A stretch of DNA of 64,000 nucleotides, from NCBI GenBank assembly GCA_963777315.1, contig CAVZQC010000004.1, positions 192,001 through 256,000 of the forward strand, in the 5' to 3' direction. A program made the position numbers and the translations under genes. Below the pieces are notes generated by a model. It was not told the DNA's origin and did no database searches. It saw nothing but the letters and a program-made list of their open reading frames with translations. Each line of letters opens with the position of its first letter. Positions within the stretch are counted from its first letter, which is position 1. This DNA is from Vulcanimicrobiota bacterium (GTDB taxonomy: Bacteria; Vulcanimicrobiota; Vulcanimicrobiia; Vulcanimicrobiales; Vulcanimicrobiaceae). Positions 29,520 through 37,021 of the stretch are shown in pieces.

Positions 29520-30712
29520 ACCAATTCACAGGCACGACGCCGGATATCGGAATAGGATCGGCCCAGCCGCAAGCACATCGCGCTGCTAGCCTTCGGCCCG
29601 CGACTCTGGACGATTACGAAGACATTCGGCAACTGGGCTTAAGCTATTCTTTGGACGTTCCATCGGTGGAGGACTGGCGAAGTCTTTGGCGCGACAATCC
29701 GCTGCGGAACCGCTCGGGAAACGATTTCCCGATCGGCTGGGTGCTTGAAACGCAGGCCGGTGAGATGGTCGGCACGATGGGGACGGTTCGATCGCTGTAC
29801 AAATTTCGCGGGGACGATCTCATATCGGCAGCTTCACGAGCGTGGTTCGTAAAAGCTCCCTACCGCGGATTTGCTCTGCGGCTGATGGACGAGTATTTAA
29901 ATCAACCCGGGGTTGACCTATTCATCAACAACGCCGTCAGCGTTCCGGCGCTTGAGTCGTTCAGCCAATTCTGCGAACGGATACCGCTGGGTGAATGGGA
30001 CAGCATGTCCTATGGGGTGACCGGCCATCGCGCGTTTGCGCAAAAAGCTTTGGAGAGGGCGCGCGTCCCCGTCAGCGGATCGCTGGCGTATCCCGTGGGC
30101 GCCGCGCTGTGTTTGAAAGATGCTGCCCGCAATACGCCGCTTCCCAAGAGCGCTCGTGCGTTTACCATCGAAGTCACGGACCGTTTCGATTCCCGGTTTG
30201 ACGCGTTTTGGAACGAATTGCTTGCGCAAAAGCCGGAAAAGCTCTTGGCCGAAAGAAGCAGCCGCGCCCTTTCGTGGCATTTCGGTGCACCGATGCGCAG
30301 AGGGAATCTGTGGGTTCTTACGGCGTCCAAAAACGACCGCCTGCGCGCGTATTGCACCTTGACGGCACAAGATCACGCGTTCAGGCTTCCGGCTCTGCCC
30401 CATGGTGATACGCAAGGCATCAGCGCTATGCGTTTGGTCGACTACCAAAGCATCGAACCGGAAGCAGATGCGCTGCCGGCGCTGCTCGCGGCGGCACTTG
30501 CGCGATGTGCCCAGGAAGGCTTTTGCATCCTTGAAAATCTCGGATGCGGCGTGCCGAAGATGCGCGCTCTTGACGACCGGCTTCCCTACCGCAAAACGCT
30601 TTCGAACTGGAAATTTTTTTACCGGGCAGCCGATGCGCGCCTCGACGCCGAACTACGTGAGCCCAGGTTCTGGGATCCGTCCGCGTACGACGGGGATGCG
30701 AGTTTCGAATAA
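29516..30712 (+). CDS. Uncharacterised protein with a probable tandem GNAT fold, paralog B
   Basis: LRPATLDDYEDI and WFVKAPYRGFA. Collinear with paralog A through FWDPSxYDGDAS. Coupled by a GTGA overlap. Confidence 0.6.
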   Translation: MNQFTGTTPDIGIGSAQPQAHRAASLRPATLDDYEDIRQLGLSYSLDVPSVEDWRSLWRDNPLRNRSGNDFPIGWVLETQAGEMVGTMGTVRSLYKFRGDDLISAASRAWFVKAPYRGFALRLMDEYLNQPGVDLFINNAVSVPALESFSQFCERIPLGEWDSMSYGVTGHRAFAQKALERARVPVSGSLAYPVGAALCLKDAARNTPLPKSARAFTIEVTDRFDSRFDAFWNELLAQKPEKLLAERSSRALSWHFGAPMRRGNLWVLTASKNDRLRAYCTLTAQDHAFRLPALPHGDTQGISAMRLVDYQSIEPEADALPALLAAALARCAQEGFCILENLGCGVPKMRALDDRLPYRKTLSNWKFFYRAADARLDAELREPRFWDPSAYDGDASFE

Positions 30713-31429
30713 CGTGCCGGCGCTCAGCCACTGAACGGGCAGTGAACCCGGGGCGTGTTGGGAGCGGATGGCCGTGGCGGCGATATGGTCTTTTGATGGA
30801 TGATGCAGCGTAAAATGCCAGCCGTCGATGGATGCCGGCTCACCATTTCCATCGAGCCCGATGGTGAATCGCTCCTCCCCGCTGCCCAGTCCGCGACCCA
30901 TGCCTTTAAGGCACGCTTCCTTCAACACCCACAGTTTGAAGAATCGCACGTTGCGCTCAGGCTGAGGTAAAACCGTCAGGCTCGCGCGCTCCGGCTCGGA
31001 AAGAAAATTGCGAGCGATAAGGTCGATATCTGCGGTGCGTGAGATCTTCTCGACGTCCACGCCAACCTCGCCCGCGCGGCTCAATAGGCAAACCACCATA
31101 CCTTCCGTATGCGCTATATTGAACTGCAGAGACTTGAAAGCTGAAGGTTCGGCGATCTGCGGTTTGCCGAACTCGTTTTCAGCGAAACGCCATTCGGCCG
31201 GATCTACCGCGGCGTACTCTGAGAGAGACAATCGGCCTAACGCGCGGCCGGTGAGATACCTATGCCGCAGCTCCGGCGCGCGTAATGCTGCGTAATGCGA
31301 TTGCTCTGTTTTTGAAAGCCAGGACGAACAGTGTTCGTGCAGCGCAGGCGGGGAGATGTGATCCGGGTTAACATGCCATGCATGCGCATCCAGCAGCAAC
31401 TTGTCCAAATATAAGCGCTTGGCCGGCAT
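30653..31429 (-). CDS. Sfp-type 4'-phosphopantetheinyl transferase
   Basis: FGKP, LQFNIAHTEG, VGVDVE and FFKLWVLKEACLKGMGRGL. Confidence 0.93.
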   Translation of the reverse strand: MPAKRLYLDKLLLDAHAWHVNPDHISPPALHEHCSSWLSKTEQSHYAALRAPELRHRYLTGRALGRLSLSEYAAVDPAEWRFAENEFGKPQIAEPSAFKSLQFNIAHTEGMVVCLLSRAGEVGVDVEKISRTADIDLIARNFLSEPERASLTVLPQPERNVRFFKLWVLKEACLKGMGRGLGSGEERFTIGLDGNGEPASIDGWHFTLHHPSKDHIAATAIRSQHAPGSLPVQWLSAGTLFETRIPVVRGRIPEPGLT

Positions 31430-31580
31430 ATGGCTAGGTTCGCCGTCCGAGGGCTCACGTCTTTAGCAGCGCTGGGTAGCCTCGACGAGCTCCCGCTTGC
31501 CCGCTTTCTTGTTCATCCATCGGACGTGCAAGCCCTTTGTAAGGAGCATGTAACGCGGGTGTGCTAGCCTCGGCTGAACG

Positions 31581-32165
31581 ATGGCTGGTGCATCCGAACC
31601 GAGAAAAACCGGTGCTTCGGTGGAGCGCCACGCTGCGGTGTTGCACGAGCGGGGTGCGCCTTGCTTGGTGGTGCTGGATTATGACTACCGCATTATTACT
31701 GCCGAACCTCGCCTAGACGTCGTTTTGGGCGAGGTCGGGCTGACCGAGCGCGCCCTGGACCGGCTTCCCACGTCGGTAGAGGCGGCAGTACGGGCATTGA
31801 CTGCGTCAATCATCGACGGTAGCGATCCTGTAGATGCCGCAACGCCGGTACCGGGCTTAATGGTACGTACTAGCGTCCTTACCGGACCTACCGGTATGTG
31901 CATCGCCGCGTCGCTCGAGCGCCTTCGCACGCGCGATCCGCTGAACGGAGCGGCCGCGCGCTTTCGCCTGAGCCCGCGCGAAGTTGAAGTGCTCGAGCTT
32001 ATTTTGCACGGCCTCGAGGCTCGCGACATTGCCGCGCGCCTGCATATCGCCGAATCCACCGTCGGCGAATACTATAAACATCTCTATCTGAAAATCGGCG
32101 TGCGAAGCCGTGCGGCGCTTGTTGCGCGGATCTTCGATTACCGGGAAAATACATCCCGAGCGTAA
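31581..32165 (+). CDS. LuxR-family regulator with the same N-terminal domain
   Basis: LSPREVEVLELILHGLEARDIAARLHIAESTV...KIGVRSRAAL. TGc-TAGCCT -10-like element at 31565. Confidence 0.92.
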   Translation: MAGASEPRKTGASVERHAAVLHERGAPCLVVLDYDYRIITAEPRLDVVLGEVGLTERALDRLPTSVEAAVRALTASIIDGSDPVDAATPVPGLMVRTSVLTGPTGMCIAASLERLRTRDPLNGAAARFRLSPREVEVLELILHGLEARDIAARLHIAESTVGEYYKHLYLKIGVRSRAALVARIFDYRENTSRA

Positions 32166-32198
32166 GGTATAGGCAGCACGGCATATTCGCGGTAGCTT
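32153..32198 (+). promoter_or_regulatory. Island operator plus -10 before the HTH-less small gene
   Basis: ATCCCG-AGCGTA-AGGTAT (32153-32170). TAGCTT at 32193-32198, gap 22 nt. The ATG at 32206 follows 7 nt later. Confidence 0.58.
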
Positions 32199-32205
32199 GG
32201 CGTTA

Positions 32206-32562
32206 ATGGGCAGCACGCAACCAGACAATAGGCGAGAAACGCCGTTTCGCCGGTTTCTCATTCTGGATGCCGACTATCGCATCGAGTACATGAACGATTT
32301 CCCGAGGTACATGTCCGCGGGCGTTTCGGAGTTGACGGACCGTTTGCCGCGCATTTTGGAGCGCGCTGTACGCCTGCTGACGGCATCCTGGGGCGGCCGC
32401 CATGTATTGTGTCCCGAACGGCGGTGCATTATGGCGTCGGGTCTCGCCATGCGCGTTTTCGTGCTGACCGGCGCGCCTGCTCAGCGCATTGGAGTAGCGT
32501 TCGAGTCATATCGCGTACGCATGGAAGACGGGCTGGACCCGGTCGGCGCGCTTACGTACTGA
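32206..32562 (+). CDS. Stand-alone copy of the LuxR N-terminal domain (no HTH)
   Basis: FLILDADYRI...DRLPRILERAVRLLTASW...GLAMRVFVLTG...IGVAFESYRVR closely parallels LVVLDYDYRI...DRLPTSVEAAVRALTAS...GLMVRTSVLTG...IAASLERLRTR of the preceding gene. Confidence 0.78.
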   Translation: MGSTQPDNRRETPFRRFLILDADYRIEYMNDFPRYMSAGVSELTDRLPRILERAVRLLTASWGGRHVLCPERRCIMASGLAMRVFVLTGAPAQRIGVAFESYRVRMEDGLDPVGALTY

Positions 32563-32571
32563 CCGCGCAGC

Positions 32572-33075
32572 ATGACAAACAGGGCCCGGGCGCGATACGA
32601 TGCATCGATGCTCCGTTTGCAAATCCGCCTTGCGCGGTTCGAAGACGCCCCGTTCATCGTCGGATTGGCTCACCGTTTCGCGGAGAGCGACATTCCGCCA
32701 TGGCGCACGCGCGACGAGATCGTCACCGGCACCGAACGGCAATTGTTGCGGGCTCTGAAGCGCGGCGACGAGCGGCAATCAACGATCTTCATCGCAGAAA
32801 ACGGCGCCGAGCCGGTGGGTTTCGCGTGGGCGCTCATGATTGAAGACTTTTACACGGGAGACCTGGTCGGCAAAATATCCGAAATTGCCGTCACGCAAAA
32901 CGGACGGGGCGCCGGCCGTGCACTGATGCGGGCCTGTGAAGACTGGGCTCGCGAGCGAGGCGCGCGCCTCGTCGTCTTAAACGCCCTGGAAGGCAATGCT
33001 CGCGCTAGAGAGTTTTACCGCCGGCTCGGGTATGGCGCCGAGTACACGATGTTCGCCAAGGAGCTCGTTACCTAG
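32572..33075 (+). CDS. GNAT family N-acetyltransferase
   Basis: ISEIAVTQNGRGAGRALM and GNARAREFYRRLGY. Confidence 0.9.
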   Translation: MTNRARARYDASMLRLQIRLARFEDAPFIVGLAHRFAESDIPPWRTRDEIVTGTERQLLRALKRGDERQSTIFIAENGAEPVGFAWALMIEDFYTGDLVGKISEIAVTQNGRGAGRALMRACEDWARERGARLVVLNALEGNARAREFYRRLGYGAEYTMFAKELVT

Positions 33076-33170
33076 GATTGCCGATGCGATTCGTATGCAC
33101 CGCCGAAGAAAAACAGCGACATGATGATCATAAAGCCGATGCAGACCACGAAAACCAGCGGTAGAGTCAT
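33072..33170 (-). CDS. Possible 32-aa single-pass membrane peptide
   Basis: MTLPLVFVVCIGFMIIMSLFFFGGAYESHRQS fills the gap after the YoaK-family gene. Confidence 0.45.
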   Translation of the reverse strand: MTLPLVFVVCIGFMIIMSLFFFGGAYESHRQS

Positions 33171-33192
33171 ATCAGGGCACTCATTACGCGAA

Positions 33193-33933
33193 TCATGCGG
33201 CGGACTCTTGCTCGGCTCGGTCGAGGGGCTCCTTGGTGAGCGGGGAAGCCGCATCGTAGCCGATGAGCAGGAGCAGTATGCCGATCGGCAACCAAAGCGC
33301 CACCGTGCCATGTGTCAGCTTGATCAGCGCGCCGGCGACGCCGCCGATCGCGAACGCCATCCAGATCGCGCCGTAAAATAAGCCATCGGCGAAGTGCTCG
33401 CGCGCGCGCCCGTCGCCGGCCATGGCCGAGCGTATGCCGTCGACCGCTCCTTGCATCGTGTTCGTGAGCATGCCGGTCACGAACGTAGTGTGCACCCGAT
33501 GCTGCCCAACTTGCCGCAGTATGGCGTTTTGGATTCCCATCGCGCCCGCGGGGAAAATTACCATCCACTGCTGCGCGGGCCGGGCCAGTACGAAGAACGC
33601 CACCAGCAGCGCGACCTCGCACGCCGCGATGATCGAAAACATCCGCATGACCTTCAACCAAACCAGGACGTAGGTCAGCGCAAAGCCGACTGCAATTCCC
33701 CCGCAGAATACGACGATCGGTTCAAAGTGCCGCCAGGCTTCCCGCCAGCGGCCGGATGCGACGTAGATCGTCAAGCCGACGGTGTTGCCGCTCATATGTG
33801 AAGTGAAAATGTGATAGAGCAGCAGATAGCCGATGCCGTCGACCGCACCCGCAACGAAAGACAACGCCAACGCAATCCATGAATGGCGGCGGGAAAGCTG
33901 CCGTTCGCTATGCTGGGGCTGCGATGTGGGCAC
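33193..33933 (-). CDS. YoaK/DUF1275 family membrane protein
   Basis: LSFVAGAVDGIGY, FTSHMSGNT, AMGIQNA and TTFVTGMLT. Confidence 0.88.
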   Translation of the reverse strand: MPTSQPQHSERQLSRRHSWIALALSFVAGAVDGIGYLLLYHIFTSHMSGNTVGLTIYVASGRWREAWRHFEPIVVFCGGIAVGFALTYVLVWLKVMRMFSIIAACEVALLVAFFVLARPAQQWMVIFPAGAMGIQNAILRQVGQHRVHTTFVTGMLTNTMQGAVDGIRSAMAGDGRAREHFADGLFYGAIWMAFAIGGVAGALIKLTHGTVALWLPIGILLLLIGYDAASPLTKEPLDRAEQESAA

Positions 33934-33970
33934 GCGGTTATGGTACCCGTGCGCCGGGAACGAATCTCTT

Positions 33971-36900
33971 ATGCGGACAGCTCCTCTGCCTCATGACGTC
34001 GGGCGCTTGGAAGCGCAGCTGCGCGAGGCCGTCACCGGTGAAGTGCGTTTTTCGGACGGCGATCGCGCGATGTACGCGTTCGATGCGTCGGTATATCGCC
34101 AGGTCCCGATCGGCGTGGTGATTCCACGCAACGCCGACGATATCGAGCACGTGCTTGCCGTGTGCCGTTCGCACGGCTCACCGGTGCTCGGACGCGGCTG
34201 CGGCACCAGTCTAGCGGGTCAATGCTGCAACACCGCCGTGATTATCGATACGTCCAAATACATGAACAAGATTTGCGACGTCGATCTGGAGAGCATGACG
34301 GCGGTGGTGCAGCCGGGCGTGATCTGCGATTCACTGCGTCATGCTACGCTTCCGCGCGGGGTGGTGTTCGCTCCGGATCCTGCCACGCACGACCACTGCA
34401 CGATCGGCGGCATGATCGGCAATAACTCCTGCGGCACGCACGCACTGCAGGGCGGCCGCACCGCAGACAACGTGTACGAATTGGAGATCGTGACCTACGA
34501 CGGCTTGCGCATGACCGTCGGAGCCACGCCGCCCGCGCAGTTGCACGAGATCATTTCGGGCGGCGGCCGCCGTGGACGGATCTACGGCGAGCTCAAAGCG
34601 CTCATCGAGAAGTACGCGCCGGCCATACGCAAGAGGTTTCCCGACATTCCGCGGTTGGTGTCCGGCTACAGCTTGGACATGCTGTTGCCCGAAAACGGAT
34701 TCAACGTCGCGCGAGCGCTGGTCGGCAGCGAGGGAACGTGCGCCATGACGCTGCAGGCGAAGCTGCGATTGGTTCGTCAGCCTCCGAAGAACGCGCTGGT
34801 CGTGTTGGGTTTCCCCGATTTGGGCAGCTCCGGCGACATGGTGCCGCTGCTCCTGGAGCACTATCCGATTGCCATCGAATTTTTCTCCAGCCACGTCATC
34901 GCCAACTTGGATCGCAAGCAGCTCAATTTCGGCGGCCGGTACATGCTGCCCGAAGGCAAAGAGTTCGTCGTGGTGCAGTTCGGCGGGCAGACCCAAAAAG
35001 AAGCCGACGCCATGGCCGAACACCTGCGTACGCGCGTGAGCGCGATGCGCGCCGGCCCGCACTTCAAACTGATCGAGGATAAGCAAGAGCAGGAAGCGGT
35101 TTGGGAGATCCGGCGCCACAGCGCGAGCACTGCGCGCATGCCCATCGGAATGGGCGGTCACGGCGGATGGCCGAATTGGGAAGATGCGGCGCTCGCGCCC
35201 GAACGTTTGGGCGACTATCTGCGGGACTTCGAAAAACTGCTCGACAAATTCGAGTTTGAAGGCACGTTCTACGGCCACTGGGGCCAGGCATGCATTCACT
35301 GCCGGATCGATTTCAAGTTTCGCACGGCCGACAACGTCAAAACGTTCCGCGCGTTCATGGAGGAAGCGACCGATTTGGTCGTTTCGTACGGCGGCATCCC
35401 GTCGGGCGAACACGGCGACGGTCAGGGCCGCGCGGAACTGCTGCCCAAAGCGTACGGCGAAGAGATCATTACGGCATTTCGTGAATTCAAGGCGATCTGG
35501 GATCCGAAAAACAAGATGAATCCCGGCAAGTTGGTCGATCCGTATCCGCTGGACACGAACCTGCGCGAGGGCACCGATTACACGCCGCTCGACTTCAAGT
35601 CCCACTTTCAATTTCCGCAAGACAACTTCAGTTTCATGGAAGCCTCCAATCGCTGCTTCGGAATCGGCAAGTGCCGCCATCTCGAAGGCGGCACGATGTG
35701 TCCGAGCTTCATGGTCACGCGCGAAGAGAAAAACTCCACGCGGGGCCGCGCGCGGCTGCTGCAGGAGATGATGGACAAGGGCGGCCCCACGAAAAACACG
35801 TGGAAAAACGACGCCGTCAAAGATGCGCTGGACTTGTGCCTTGCATGCAAGGGATGCAAAGGCGATTGCCCGGTTCAAGTCGACATGGCGACCTACAAAG
35901 CGGAATTCCTTTCCCATTACTACGAAGGCCGGCCGCGGCCCGCGGCAGCGTACGCGATGGGGCTGATTCCGGTGTGGGCACCGCTCGCTTCGCAATTGCC
36001 CGACATCGTGAACGGCGTACTGTCCACTCCGCTGCTTTCGGATGCGCTCAAAGCGTTGGGGGGGATTTCGCCGCAGCGCGAACTGCCGCGCTTTGCGACG
36101 GTGCCGTTCGATCGCTGGTGGAGCAGCCGCACGGCCTCGGGCGGCGTTCACGCAAAGCACGCTGAGGGGGGCGGGCGTGTCGTACTGTGGGCGGACACGT
36201 TCAACACGTACTTTACGCCAGAAGTGGCTATCGCCGCCGTTCAAGTGCTCGAAGATCTGGGCTACGAGATCGTGGTCCCCCAATCGCGCGTGTGCTGCGG
36301 ACGCCCGTTCTTCGACTATGGGTTCTTGACGCTCGCCAAGACGTATTTCAAAAATGCGATCGCGACGATGGAGCCGTTCCTGCGCGACGGTACGCCGATC
36401 GTGGGGCTCGAGCCGAGTTGCATCGCCGCGTTCCGCGACGAACTGATCAACATGTTTCCGAACGATCTCGACGCACAACGACTGTCGCAGCAGACGTACA
36501 CGCTGGCGGAATTCTTGGAGCTCAAAGGCGGCGAATGGCAATGGAAAGTGCCCAAACTGCATAAGCGCGCCCTGGTGCAAGTCCACTGCCATCAAGCCGC
36601 CGTCATGAAGTTCAAGTGCGAACGATCGGTGATGGAAAAGATCGGCTTGGAGGTCGAGGTTCCGGATTCGGGCTGCTGCGGAATGGCCGGCAGCTTTGGA
36701 TACGAGGCCGGAGAGCGCTACCGCGTTTCCCAGGCGTGCGGCGAGCGTTCGATTTTGCCCAAAGTGCGCGACGCGTCGCAATCCACGCTGATCGTCGCCG
36801 ACGGTTTCAGCTGCCGTCATCAGATCGAGCAAGGCGCGCAGCGGCAGCCGCTGCACCTGGCCCAAGTTCTGCGAATGGCGCAGCGCCGTCGAGAATCCGA

Positions 36901-37021
36901 CGGCGCCGGCGCTTTCGACGGCCTTGCGCGTAGAACGCATCTGCGTGAGGCGGCCATTGGCGCAGGCGCTGCGACGCTGTTGGCCGGTTCGCTTGCCATA
37001 TTGACCCGGAGGACACAATGA
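33971..37021 (+). CDS. FAD-binding and Fe-S-binding oxidoreductase (YdiJ/GlcD-GlcF fusion type)
   Basis: RGCGTSLAGQ, GGMIGNNSCG, GSEGT, SGEHGDG, CFGIGKC...MCPS, CLACKGCKGDCP, CCGRP and CCGMAGSFG. Confidence 0.92.
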   Translation: MRTAPLPHDVGRLEAQLREAVTGEVRFSDGDRAMYAFDASVYRQVPIGVVIPRNADDIEHVLAVCRSHGSPVLGRGCGTSLAGQCCNTAVIIDTSKYMNKICDVDLESMTAVVQPGVICDSLRHATLPRGVVFAPDPATHDHCTIGGMIGNNSCGTHALQGGRTADNVYELEIVTYDGLRMTVGATPPAQLHEIISGGGRRGRIYGELKALIEKYAPAIRKRFPDIPRLVSGYSLDMLLPENGFNVARALVGSEGTCAMTLQAKLRLVRQPPKNALVVLGFPDLGSSGDMVPLLLEHYPIAIEFFSSHVIANLDRKQLNFGGRYMLPEGKEFVVVQFGGQTQKEADAMAEHLRTRVSAMRAGPHFKLIEDKQEQEAVWEIRRHSASTARMPIGMGGHGGWPNWEDAALAPERLGDYLRDFEKLLDKFEFEGTFYGHWGQACIHCRIDFKFRTADNVKTFRAFMEEATDLVVSYGGIPSGEHGDGQGRAELLPKAYGEEIITAFREFKAIWDPKNKMNPGKLVDPYPLDTNLREGTDYTPLDFKSHFQFPQDNFSFMEASNRCFGIGKCRHLEGGTMCPSFMVTREEKNSTRGRARLLQEMMDKGGPTKNTWKNDAVKDALDLCLACKGCKGDCPVQVDMATYKAEFLSHYYEGRPRPAAAYAMGLIPVWAPLASQLPDIVNGVLSTPLLSDALKALGGISPQRELPRFATVPFDRWWSSRTASGGVHAKHAEGGGRVVLWADTFNTYFTPEVAIAAVQVLEDLGYEIVVPQSRVCCGRPFFDYGFLTLAKTYFKNAIATMEPFLRDGTPIVGLEPSCIAAFRDELINMFPNDLDAQRLSQQTYTLAEFLELKGGEWQWKVPKLHKRALVQVHCHQAAVMKFKCERSVMEKIGLEVEVPDSGCCGMAGSFGYEAGERYRVSQACGERSILPKVRDASQSTLIVADGFSCRHQIEQGAQRQPLHLAQVLRMAQRRRESDGAGAFDGLARRTHLREAAIGAGAATLLAGSLAILTRRTQ

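Noticed and set aside
30653..30712. 60-bp convergent overlaps (PPTase with GNAT-like paralog B; also 18091-18150)
   Set aside because: Simple stop-codon run-on into the neighbouring gene. GH paralog 1 merely extends beyond the point where its paralogs stop, and there is no evidence of function.
31531..31548. AGCCCT-TTGTAA-GGAGCA as an operator for the third LuxR gene (similar half-sites at 7747, 10470, 19621, 22372)
   Set aside because: Poor second half-site and/or wrong spacing to a -10 element.
1..32562. EPS island as a mobile element
   Set aside because: No integrase, transposase, tRNA or terminal direct repeats were seen, and the left boundary lies outside the window.
34331..37018. 895-aa minus-strand ORF
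   Set aside because: Antisense shadow of the FAD/Fe-S oxidoreductase. Such stop-poor frames are expected in high-GC coding DNA, and it has no recognisable motifs.
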